Origin: Nemertoderma westbladi
Taxonomy: Eukaryota; Animalia; Xenacoelomorpha
NCBI GenBank assembly: GCA_032718475.1
Contig: JAUCBJ010005435.1
Coordinates: 1 to 64,000 of the forward strand
Reading direction: 5' to 3'
Length of the DNA stretch: 64,000 bases
The first letter of the stretch is position 1, and each line of letters begins with the position of its first letter. The notes under the pieces were generated by a model. That model saw only the letters and a list, made by a program, of their open reading frames with translations. It was not told the DNA's origin and searched no databases. The position numbers and the translations under genes were made by a program. This document shows, in pieces, positions 13,730-26,005 of the stretch.

Positions 13730-15260
13730 GTAGTGGTGGTAGACAGTGGGTGCAGAGTGTTCTGTATTGGTGTTTAGACAATGGGTGCGGAGTGTTAGGT
13801 ACTGGTGGTAGACAGTGGTTGCGGTAGACAGTAGGTGTGGAGTGTTAGGAAGTGGTGGTAGACAGTGGGTGCGGAGTGTTATCTAGTGATGATAGACAGT
13901 GGGTGTGGTAGTGGTGGCAGACAGTGGGTGCGGAGTGTTAGGAAGTGGTGGTAGACAGTGGGTGCGGAGTGTTATCGAGTGATGATAGACAGTGGGTGTG
14001 GTAGTGGTGGCAGACAGTGGGTGCGGAGTGTTAGGAAGTGGTGGTATAGACAAGTGGGTGCGTAGTGTTATCTAGTGATGATAGACAGTGGGTGTGGTAG
14101 ACAGTGGGTGCGGAGTGTTAGGAAGTAGTGGTAGACAGTGGGTGCGTAGTGTTATCTAGTGATGATAGACAGTGGGTGTGGTAGACAGTGGGTGCGTAGT
14201 GTTATCTAGTGATGATAGACAGTGGGTGTGGTAGACAGTGGGTGCGGATTGTTAGGAAGTTGTGGTAGACAGTGGGTGCGGAGTGTTATCTAGTGATGAT
14301 AGACAGTGGGTGTGGTAGACAGTGGGTGCGGAGTGTTAGGAAGTGGTGGAAGACAGTGGGTGCGGAGTGTTAGGTAGTGGTGGTAGACAGTGGGTGCGTA
14401 GTGTTATCTAGTGATGATAGACAGTGGGTGTGGTAGACAGTGGGTGCGGAGTGTTAGGAAGTGGTGGTAGAGAGTGGGTGCTTAGTGTTATCTAGTGATG
14501 ATAGACAGTGGGTGCGGAGTGTTAGGAAGTGGTGGTAGACATTGGGTGCGGAGTGTAATCTAGTGATTATAGAGAGTGGGTGTGGTAGACAGTGGGTGCG
14601 GAGTGTTAGGAAGTGGTGGTAGACAGTGGGTGCGGAGTGTTAGGTAGTGGTGGTAGACAGTGGGTGCGTAGTGTTATCTAGTGATGATAGACAGTGGGTG
14701 TGGTAGACAGTGGGTGCGGAGTGTTAGGAAGTGGTGGTAGAGAGTGGGTGCTTAGTGTTATCTAGTGATGATAGACAGTGGGTGCGGAGTGTTAGGAAGT
14801 GGTGGTAGACAGTGGGTGCGGAGTGTTAGGTAGTGGTGGTAGACAGTGGGTGCGTAGTGTTATCTAGTGATGATAGACAGTGGGTGTGGTAGACAGTGGG
14901 TGCGGAGTGTTAGGAAGTGGTGGTAGAGAGTGGGTGCTTAGTGTTATCTAGTGATGATAGACAGTGGGTGCGGAGTGTTAGGAAGTGGTGGAAGACAGTG
15001 GGTGCGGAGTGTTAGGTAGTGGTGGAAGACAGTGGGTGCGGAGTGTTAGGTAGTGGTGGCCACTGGTGGTTGACAGCGGGTGCGGTGTGCTAGACAGTGG
15101 GTGAGGAGTGGTAGACAGTGCTTGCTGATTGGTGGACACTGGGTGCGTTATATTGGACAGTGCGCCTAGCCCTGTGTGGTAGATAGTGATTGAGGGGTGG
15201 TAAACCGTGGTTGTGGAGTGGTTGCGGAGTGATGGACACTGGGTGCGATATATTGGACAG
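13730..15260 (+). repeat. G-rich minisatellite with 34-bp and 16-bp units around an AGACAGTGGGTG core
   Basis: GTAGACAGTGGGTGCGGAGTGTTAGGAAGTGGTG alternating with ..GTTATCTAGTGATGATAGACAGTGGGTGTG; degenerate edges. Confidence 0.93.
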
Positions 15261-17576
15261 TGGGCCTATTTCTAAAGGGACATATTTCTAAAGTAGTTTA
15301 AAAAATTTCCAAATTGTAATTTTTATTTATAAATTTCACTAATATATTTAGAAAAAAAGCGCTGCTACACTGAAATACTAATTTTGTATTTGAGATAGGT
15401 TTGACAAAGTTTAACCTTTGACAAAATCGTTTCAACATCATTGAAGCGTTTGACACGGTGGTTTACATCTGCCCAAGTACCGAAGACTGTTCGGCCACTG
15501 TTGACCGAAGTGGTAGACTAGACACAGACAGAGGGCCCGGTGGTGGCAGACAGTGGGTGCGGAATGGTAGACAGTGGGCCCGGTGGTGGCAGACAGTGGG
15601 CGCCGGGGCGCGGAGAGGAGACCGTAAATGCGTGCCGACTCTACTACTATTAGGGAGTCATTTACATTAGATACATACAGTACAGTGTATACAACTCATT
15701 GTGTTTCATAGCAATCACATCAACCACAATTCAAAACACCGAAAATATGGTTAAAACGTAAAATTGTATAGTGCATTGATTAATTGTCGGTATTGCTGCT
15801 GCTACATGGGATAAACACACGGCCGCTAACTATTACAACTACTGGTGGTCCCAGACTCAGTGGTGCTAGACGGCCAAGCCTATAAGCTAACTCATTGCAG
15901 CATCTGGTATTTCTCATATCATGTATATTAAAATTAAGTGTTGCAAGCAAATCGATTGGGCCCCTGTTGGATATGTTGGCTTTGTAGTATGTGAAGTTGG
16001 GAAATGTCGTTAGTGGCAGGTGATATGCCTCAATGGAGGTCGCCTATCTAATTATATGAAGTATTAGTCATCATCTTTGCATATTGATACCCCTCCTGGT
16101 TACCAATCACTATACAGGGGAAGGGGGTTTCGTTTCAAAGCCTAACAGATGGGGACAGGTTGTTTGTTATTTTGCAATAAATATAAATATAATTTATTAT
16201 TTTATGGCGATTTAACAATAAATTAAGTTGGTTTATTGCCGTTTCGGAGACAAACCTAATCAGATTTGTACAACGGCAACAAATAGGGTAATTTGGGCAT
16301 TAATACTAAAGCTCCAGCTAGGGTATAGGTAGATAAGGATGGCCAGCTTTGCAGCCTGTGTGTGTTGGTTATATATTATGGATGGGTAACTGGCACGCCT
16401 TAGTCTGACTAGTGTACTTCTATCAGGCACAATAGACACACATACATCCTGTCAGTAATAGTTGGCCAGTAATAAAGGGAAGTATATGTGTAGGAGGAAT
16501 TAATAAAGAGGTGCTGTGTGGCAGGCCTATATTTCCTTCAACTGGTATTCGCATATATCTGTAGTTGTAGTCATTTATTTTATTTTTTATTGCAATAATT
16601 TGCCAACTTACTCAGGCTATGGTATTTACTATTAATAGCTCTTCGCCTGTGTTTAAAGTTCAGAAGTTTGCTGGTAGGTTTTAATTATTTGATCGAACTG
16701 AACAGTCGTTATTCAAATACTTTAGTTCGTTTGAGATTAAATATTTACCAACATAGCCAACGGTTGGTCTTTGTAAAAGATTTATAGTTAACTTAATTAA
16801 ATTTGGTGTACTGTTTAGACTATGTTCACCATGACAGCAATATAGTCCGTCACATCTAATCAGCTGTTTTTTAGAGATTTTTTTGTACGGTATATCATTA
16901 AAATCTAAATACATTTTTTCTGCCAATACTGTTATATTAGAAAAACTGTAATAGCTTATTTAATAGCTGAATGAATAGGGCCTACTATATATTTTATTTC
17001 TAACTTTAACAGATTCACGTTATGCATCATAGGTGGGGTGGTGCTATCCTTCCACATTCTATATATATATATATAGAATGCTGGAATATATATGTATAAT
17101 ATTTAACATTGCCGCCAACTCAAACAAACAAACACTTACAATATGGCAATTTTGTAGTGAGTAGATAACTCTTTACCGTTACTTCAAGTTGACCCAAGTT
17201 ATCTTTCCTGCCACGTTCTTATGTTATGTTTACGTTTCTTAGTGAACTTTGATCTGTTATTCCATGTATTTAGTGTATGAAACATTGCCTCCTATCTCTA
17301 TACCATTACTTCTTATTGGTATTAATTGGAATAAGGGGTACTTGTGTTGGATAAGATACCGTAGACAGTTCCCATAACGATTAACGTACTATCAGTGCTA
17401 TTGAATGAGATTAGCACTACTAACTCGACTAACTAACTATATATATATGGGAGTATTAATTTGCGAATTTTGAGCGTATGAGCGTAGTGTAGCTGTCGAG
17501 TGTAGAAGAGGTAGATAGTTTCAAACAATTTCCAAATATTTTTTTGACTATTTACTATAATATTATAATATGTGTG

Positions 17577-17633
17577 ATGGCGGCTACTCGATTATTCGAC
17601 GATGTGTATTCTTCCGAAGATTGCGATGACATG
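17577..17633 (+). CDS. Candidate alternative first coding exon B (MAATRLFDDVYSSEDCDDM)
   Basis: ATG in GTGATGG context, 19 codons, ATG|GTAAGT donor at 17634, phase 0. Confidence 0.55.
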
Positions 17634-18105
17634 GTAAGTCGTCATTGGAATCATTGGGTTGACTATTAATATCCGTCAAAGGTCAAACAGTGAAATTTAT
17701 CATTTTTTTCGGAAATTTTATAATTTGAGAAATATAATTGTTTATTAACGATACTTGGTGAGAAACTTTTTACACTATTCTCGAAGCATTTTATGTACCG
17801 AGCCCAAGCGAGGTTAATAAATGGTCGGGAGAATATTGAAATAATATGTTCTATGTAGGCGGCCTACTGACGTACTTATATTTCATCCAGAGACTGGGGG
17901 AAACTGGACGCAAATTCCATCGTGGCGAATTAATCTATCAATTTTATTACCAATTTTAAGGAAAGGATTAGGTTACAGTGGCATGTTATTCTAACCAAAA
18001 CAAACGAAAGTTAATATAACTGGTTCCAGTTTCATTTTTGACATAGTAATCAGCTGAATATTTGCGTCGAAGGTTTTATTAATGATTTTGATATAGACTT
18101 TTATT

Positions 18106-18798
18106 ATACTGTGTGTCGTGTGCCATCTACTGTGTGTCGTGTGCCATCTACTTTGTATCGTGTGCCATCTACTATGTGTCGTGTACCACCTACTGTGTGT
18201 CGTGTGCCATCTACTGTGTGTCGTGTGCCATCTACTGTGTGTCGTGTGCCATCTACTGTGTTTCGTGTGCCATATACTGTGTGTCGTGTGCCATCTACTG
18301 TGTGTCGTATGCCATCTACTGTGTGTCGTGTGCCATCCACTGTGTCGTGCGTGAGGCATCTAGTGTGTGTCGTGAAGCAACTACTGTGTATCGTGTGTCA
18401 TCGTGTGCCATCTACTGTGTGTCGTGTGTCATCTTTGGTGTCTCGTGTGCCATCTAATGTGTGTCGTGCACCATCTACTGTGTGTCGTGTGCCATCTACT
18501 GTGTGTCGTGTGCCATCTAAGTACTGTGTGTCGTGTGCCATCTACTGTGTGTCGTGTGCCATATACTGTGTGTCATGTGCCATATACTGTGTGTCGTGTG
18601 CCACATTAGGTGTATCGTGTGCCATATACTGTGTGTCGTGTGCCATATACTGTGTGTCGTGTGCCATATAATGTGTATCGTGTGCCATATGCTGTGTGTC
18701 GTGTGCCATATACTGTGTGTCGTGTGTCATATACTGTTGTCGTGTGCCATCTACTGTGTGTGGTGTGCCACATTAGGTGTGCCGTGTGCCAAATACTG
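18106..18798 (+). repeat. 21-bp minisatellite TACTGTGTGTCGTGTGCCATC
   Basis: Direct reading, about 30 copies. Confidence 0.94.
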
Positions 18799-20071
18799 TA
18801 AAGTTGTTCGGTATATTATCTATATCTATAATGAATAGGTGGCTATGAAGTATGAACCTCATGACAGCAATTAATACCCAACGCTTGGAATTTTTTTCCC
18901 TATCCGTACTGGTACTTTTAATTTCATTTATAAATTTCCACCCACAATGAACTATATGGAAGGATTGGCGTATAATTTCGGTAATCCCACCTATCATTTG
19001 GATTTTATTTTTTATCATAATCTTCTCCTCTGAGGTTCCATTGTTTATGATGGAACATTGTGGAATTCAGGTGGTTCTGACCAATTACTCTAATGGAAGT
19101 AGCGAGATTTGAATTACGCTTAACCTCACGGCCTAACCGCCTGGGTTTCCTTTTCTCGTAAACCAACTTTCCTGTAAGTCTTATCCGTAATGGCCTGCTC
19201 AATTTGCACCACGCTGATTGAGTGATTGCTTCCTGCTAGCGTTATTTATATTTTGGAGGCCCTCAGCTGTCCTTCTCCACTCATCCAAAATCAGTGTCTT
19301 ATTATTACAGCGATACCAATACTAATTTAGTTGTTTCATATTATTTATATTAATTCATTACCGGTACGGTTTTAATTTTTGTTCTGTAATATTATTGTTT
19401 TGATACCGGTATTAAATTATGTGTATGTATAATGAATTATATTATATTTACAACTATTTGTGTTTGTTATATTTTACTGTTCGCAATTTATGTTGCTGCA
19501 CTAACTGTATATTATTGTACCGGTACTATCTATAAATAGATATATTTATTTTCTGTATCTGAACAAAAGTGACCCTTCTGTAGCCTACTTTTTTTGAAAA
19601 CCTCCTAGACATTCACATAACTTCGTACAATTTTAATAAATCATACTCATACAACTATCAGAGTAATTTATGGCATATAATAAAATGAATCCTGTACATT
19701 ACATACAATATTAATTACCTGTAATAAATCCGGGCATCGCTAGACAGATATATTTATTGCCAATTATTAACATTTCAAATAAGCTTTCCATTTTTCTGAA
19801 TTTATGCAGAATGCATGTACTTGTACTATATATATATATATATATACTATTACACAATACAATTGAATACATGCATACCATACATTCACAACATGTACTT
19901 GTAGTCAAGATAAAGAATACCGTACCTATACTATATTTATCCTGATATTCTATAAAAAAAAACTCATTCCTTGATGTAGAGTTTTTTCTCTTACATTAAT
20001 CTAAAATTGTATTTCTAATTTTTATAATTTATGCTATTACTATTAATTATGATTCAATTTATTCTATTCTA

Positions 20072-21742
20072 CCCCATGTCCTGAAATATAGTGTCGTTAT
20101 ATATATATAATATATACCAGCCACCTCCCCCCCAATTTTTCTACAAAACGTAATGAGATTGTATGCAATTTGAAACAAAGTTAGTTTCATCTCCCTCCTA
20201 CTTCGTGGGTGAGCCAGAACTTTTACTTTTGCCTTCATTCTTTAGCTACAATCGTTTAAAAAAGTGTCTCCGTCGATATTGTACCAGTTACATCGCAGTT
20301 ATTCATCCAACTTTTAGTGATTTATTGGTACTATTGGAAAGCTGATCGGGCAAGGATTCCAATTCTGTAAAAATATTTGAATTTGGTTAGGAAATAGCTG
20401 AGATATTGGCATTCGAATTTTGCATGTATTTGCTTTCGCTGCAGGCCATTTATTCAATTGAATAAATACACAACGTTCTAGATAAACTATAAGAAGGTTT
20501 GAGATGTCAGTTATATTTGATGAAAAGTTCTGGGTTGGAGCAAGTTAAATATTATTTATTAATCAATTTCAAATATAAATATATTTCGGGAGCTCAGCGA
20601 GCTATCATTATCAATAAAGTACTAATTCTAAAATAAATTGCAGAATTGACTACCGTTACGCAGGGACTGGGATCGAATCGAAATCGAATCGAACGAATTT
20701 CACTGGGTCGAAATCGAATCGAAAGCTTTTTTCCATAAATCGAATCGAATCGAAAAATGACGAAATCTAATCGAAAATGTGCTGAATCGAATCGAAAAAT
20801 ATATGGGAAATCGAAGACGAAAAATTGCTTTCGATTCGATTCGATGCCAGTCCCTGCGGCGTTACGTATGACTTGAAATCTGTTGAAAATTGAACAAAAA
20901 CAGAATAAATTTCTTGTAACAAAAAACATATGCTACTATATACGCTACACATACATCTTACATATACTTATCTTACTACTATCATATACTTATATATCTT
21001 ACATATAGTAGCATATATATTTTTTGTTACAAAAAATTTGTTCTGTTTTTTGTTCAATTTTCAACAGATTTCAAGTCAACGTTACAGTTACGGTAGTCAA
21101 TTCTACAATTTATATTAGAATTAGTACTTTATCTGTTTATTGATAATGATAACGCTGAGCTACTGAAATATATTTATATTTGAAATTGAATAATAATATT
21201 TAACTTGCTCCAACCCAGAATTTTTCATCGAATGTTCTAGAACATTTTGATTATGTATTAATATTCATGTACTCGTATTATCATGTAGGAATTGCATTGT
21301 TGCCAAGCTACTTATGAGATAAACAAAATGTTCTAGAACATTGTAAATTAAATTTAAATGGAATAAATGGCTTGCAGCGGAAGCAAATACATGCAAAGTT
21401 GGAATGCCCATATTGCAGCTATTTCCCAACCCAAATTAAAATATTTTTACATATTTGGAATCCTTGCACGGTCAGCTTTCCGCTGGTACCAACAAATCAC
21501 TAAATGTTTGAAGAATAACTGCGGTGTAAATGGTGCAATATCGTCGGAGACACCTTTTTTAAACGCTTGTAGCTAAAGAATGAAGGCAAAAATAAAAGTT
21601 CTGGCTCACCCACTAGCACTAAGGAGGAGGGAGATGAAACTAACTCTGTTTCAAATTTTATGCAATCGCATTACAATTTGCAGAAAAATGTAGGGGGGGG
21701 GGGGGGTACCTGAATAACGACAATATATTCCAGGACATGGTG
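20072..21742. mobile_element. TA-flanked foldback (long inverted arm) non-autonomous DNA transposon, Tc1/mariner-like TSD
   Basis: Ends CCCCATGTCCTG.. / ..CAGGACATGGTG flanked by TA; arms mirror each other over about 700 bp around a centre near 20965; related left end at 583-790. Confidence 0.85.
20661..20856. mobile_element. Small hAT-like MITE nested in the left arm of the foldback element
   Basis: TIR CAGGGACTGG/CCAGTCCCTG, internal (ATCGA)n, absent from the mirror arm; imperfect CGTTACG duplication. Confidence 0.8.
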
Positions 21743-21831
21743 TATTCTGTTTCATGAATTAATTGCCATTGCAATATGGTTATTTTATTGTATTGTTCTT
21801 ACTCATTAATTAAATTACTATTTTTGTCGAA

Positions 21832-21873
21832 ATGGAGTTCCTTCCTGTTCTTGTTGAGGAAGTAGATGCAGAA
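21832..21873 (+). CDS. Candidate alternative first coding exon C (MEFLPVLVEEVDAE)
   Basis: ATG in GAAATGG context, 14 codons, GAA|GTAAGT donor at 21874, phase 0. Confidence 0.45.
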
Positions 21874-22132
21874 GTAAGTAGAAGGAAGTAGAAGTTAATT
21901 TGTTGCTTTGAAAATAAAATGCTGTTTGTGCACCAGAGTACCAGCGCCTGATAGAATACATAATTAATTATGCAGCATTTTTTTTGCAGATCGCCCTAAT
22001 TTAAACCATACACCCCAACCCTAAGTAATAATCTATTAAATTTCGCAACCAGGGCCCTGCCCTTCGGATCAAACACAACCGGTCTACTTCCAGTAACTAA
22101 CCACTAAATCTCTTTCCAATTTCCATTTGCAG

Positions 22133-22339
22133 ACCAACCACGAACGACTGGATCTCAACGTCCAAGAAGTTTTGGCCTCCCTGTATCCGCCATTCCGGGA
22201 AACCGCCCCCATTCTGATTGGCCAGGCTTGTATGATAGTAGACCACCAGTTCGCCGGCGACGAGTTTGCTTTCCTTACGGACTTCCTATTGGTTGCTAAG
22301 CCCATTCTGCAATGCGTCAGGGAGGAGGCCAAAGTTTGT
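22133..22339 (+). CDS. PLEKHG4: RhoGEF exon, Solo/ARHGEF40-type N-terminal domain (TNHERLDL..LASLYPPF..REEAKVC)
   Basis: TTGCAG acceptor, GTAAGT donor at 22340; resembles the ARHGEF40 N-terminus. Confidence 0.9.
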
Positions 22340-25300
22340 GTAAGTATTCCTTATCATAGTTATAAGGCCTATATTATGCCTTACCATGGCCTACCTACCT
22401 ATACCTATAACACCACCGCATAGGTTTGTATGTTATATAAACGCCTAAAGTCCATGAGATACACCCTCAGCCTTAGATTCGGCTGGTGGCTTATTCAGGG
22501 ATTCACCTTGAATTTAGTTTCGACGTTTGTTTTTCCCGCCAAAAAAGGCACAGCTTAATGAACATTAAATAGGTTACAATGACTTTCAGTCAAACCAAAA
22601 CAAGTAAGTTATTAAAAGTTTTGTGATTATGGCCTGAGATGGACCAACAAACTGGTTGGTAAAGCAATTTATTTGACTCGGTCAAATAATAAATTGCGGG
22701 GATCTCAAATCTTGTGACGAACTGAGATGTGGCATTGGGATAGGGAGCAACGGCGGGGTCGATAAAATACCATTCGACGTGATTTATTACAGCGATGTAG
22801 GTTAATGTCGTTACATCTTTGTTATTCTCGTATTTTAGTTGGTATGGAAGTCTGACAACGTCGCTATTCTACCGGAGGGATGGCCCTTGGTCTACAACAA
22901 TCTCATACTCGTCCATCTTCTCGAAGTTGAACCCCACCATCTGCGTCCCGGTGATTTCTACTTCGTCGTTAAATGCCTCGCCCCCCGCACCGTAAAACTA
23001 TTCCTGAAATTCGTCCGAGATGGTTAGTAAGATAAACAAAATATTTATTATTTGTTCCCCCACTATGGAATAATATGCACAAAATGTATGTATCTATGCC
23101 ATCGTCACATCGGCTCTGAAATACTTTAAAATATAAAACAATACTTTTATTTTTTTAATCTCTGAATTCAATGCGACTGTGTCGCGCAACTGACTGCGAA
23201 TGTTACCGAAACTTCAGCCAAGTTTTATTCGTTATATTTTTTTCCTTTTACTTTTAGAATTCGAAAGTTTTTATCCCAATTCCCCATATCAAGTATAATA
23301 AGCCATTCAATTGATAATGTCTATCGTGGAGTGACTCGAACATGTTTTTTTCTAACAAATAATATACCGGTAACCAAATTTAACCATATGGAACAAGTAG
23401 TCAAGTGAATCTAGCAAAAAAATGAGAAGTATTTCGCAATCAATCCGAACCACGCATTTTGGATTCTATATTACCTTATTAATGACCAAAAAAAAGTCTA
23501 TAAAATTTTATTTTACGGATCATATGTTTATTCATGAAAATTCTGCTTAAATTTGCATAACACAAGCCAAACAAAAGGAACAGTAGGGAAAAGTAAGTAG
23601 CAAATTGGTGATGTTCCAGAATATTTTAATTAATTTCACAATAAGGTGTGATTCAATGGGAAATTAGTAATATTTACACTGGCGTGTTACACATTAATTG
23701 CTATATCTCGGTAACTAAAAGTCGCATCAAGTTTTTAAATATATCAACAACTTCACGATATATTAAGGTAACTGTTGTAAAAAAATTATACAATTCCACT
23801 GCAAGGAAATTTCATAATTTCCATTAATGTTAGTGAAGATTTTTCACATACTTAAATTGTGATTGCTCTATTGATTTTAGGTGTAATTAATTTATTTTTT
23901 TTTAGTTTGAAAACCGCAATTAGTTTATCATATAACAAATACATTTTTTGGGGATAAGGGTTTTTGAGTTCGATAAATCCGATGGGCGAGGTTACATCCA
24001 CCCGTTTAGTAGAGAAGTTGTGTAAATAAGATCCTTATATTGTACCAGCAAAAATATTATTAAAAATGGTTAAATTATTAGACAAATTTCCGTTGCTCTG
24101 GAAACTAAATTGGTAACCATATAGAAGTGCATACTTCTGTCAATCGATAGTCATTAGAGTAAAGTTTGTCTGTACGAAATTTGGAGAAAATCCCACCAAT
24201 AGACCCCTTGTTGCTATGTAAAATCCATGTTGCTAAGGAAAGAAACAGCAAATTGAAGGAGATCCGCATAATATATTTTTATAGACTTTTTTGGGGGTAT
24301 TAACAAGGTAATGTAGAATAACAAAAAATTTGGTTTGGGTGAATTGCGAATTTGTTATGGGTTGACCCCCTTTTTCGGCTAGATTGACTCGCCTAAAGTA
24401 CAACTATTTTTCTACCTGATCCATGTATTATTTTACTTGATACAGGTCGTCTTCATCACAAAATAATCTCCGAGGATTATTTCGACATGTTATTTACTCA
24501 CGAATGGCTCGTCGGTCTTCCAGAAAATACCGAAGCCAACCCTCTAAAGCACTGCGTGCTGTGTGGACCCCAAGGAGTCGTTAGGTAAGTTAGTTACACC
24601 AAGGTTCCACCTTGGAGTTAGTAGTGGTCGCATTGAATTCACATCTCCCGTAGGTCGTGGGTTCGATCCTCACATGGGCCAGGGCAGTTTTCGTTTCGGC
24701 ACGAATGCTTTAAAGGGACCAGCCAGGGCGCATCGCTGCCTTGCATCCTTAAGTAGTAGCTAAATGAGTAATGGAGTTTCCTCTGGGGAGTAAAGTTCTG
24801 GGGGGACCCTGGAAATAAGTCGTCAGACTTTGTGCGTAATCCCTGGCCTATCGGCCGAAGAAAATTTACTTTTACTTTACTTTACTTTAGTTTAATGTCT
24901 TTATCCCAATCTGTTAGTAACATGTTGCTTGTTGTTGATTACCCCGCCGTAAAAGATAACTGTTTTTTTTACCCCCTTAAATTTATTTTTATCAGGTTAA
25001 CATGGGAAGAAGTTACCCACCCTAAATGCCAGTCGTCCGATACAATATTGATGCATTCTCTTCGCCGCTCAAAGAAATTCCAATCCAAAGCTTCCCGCGC
25101 CAGTATGTCCAGCACGGGCTCAGTTAGCTCGGAGGCAGAACTTACAGACAGGTAGGTTAGGTTGTTCGGTTATTAATTGTTGGTCAGCCGGTCTGTAAGT
25201 GTCCGTCAAGGTTGGTCGGTTATTGTTGGTCAGCCGGTAGTGTCGGTCACTTAACTTACAGACAGGTAGGTTAGGTTGGTCGGTTATTGTTGGTCAGCCG

Positions 25301-25940
25301 GTTTGTAGTGTCGGTCACTTAACTAACCGACAGGTAGGTTAGGTTGGTCGGTTATTGTTGGTCAGCCGGTTTGTAGTGTCGGTCACTTAACTAACAGACA
25401 GGTAGGTTAGGTTGGTCGGTTATTGTTGGTCAGCCGGTTTGTAGTGTCGGTCACTTAACTTACAGACAGGTAGGTTAGGTTGGTCGGTTATTGTTGGTCA
25501 GCCGGTAGTGTCGGTCACTTAACTTACAGACAGGTAGGTTAGGTTGGTTATTGTTGGTCAGCCTGTTTGTAGCGTCGGTCACTGAATTTACTTTGGAGTA
25601 GCGCCAACTTAATGTTGCCTGTGCTGTGCGGCTTATTTATTATGAACTATTGTGTCTGTCCGAGTCCGTCTAATATTTGTTGCAGTCTCATGTACAGGCA
25701 TTATACGGTAAGGTATATATAGATCCTGTTCCTGTACTATAATACTCTAAGTGACATCCTCCAATATTTTTTCCACTTCTGAACAAAAAGCCCTAGACCA
25801 TGTATTAATTACAGTCGTATTATCACCTTAACCACAATTCATTGATTTGAGTTTGTTTGTAGTTTGCAGCTTTACGTGTAAGTCTGGTTTGATTTTGTTT
25901 GCCTTTCTTCGTCTACTCACTCTCTTTTTCTGTCTGTCTG

Positions 25941-26005
<65 letters not shown>

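Noticed and set aside
17991-18838. ORFs over the 21-bp minisatellite (HSRWHTT, CRVPSTV repeats)
   Set aside because: Open on both strands because the unit is a multiple of 3; no coding evidence, and not located at an identified splice site.
18840-19300. Possible decayed Gypsy integrase fragment on the minus strand (EIIRQSFHIVHCG)
   Set aside because: Similarity is too weak and interrupted to support without a search.
22579-22603. ATG..ACAA|GTAAGT mini exon candidate
   Set aside because: Phase 1 does not match the next exon at 22839 (phase 0); probably chance.
23398-24393. Possible TIR element (GTGAATCTAGC / GCTAGATTGAC ends)
   Set aside because: Ends are degenerate and no TSD could be established.
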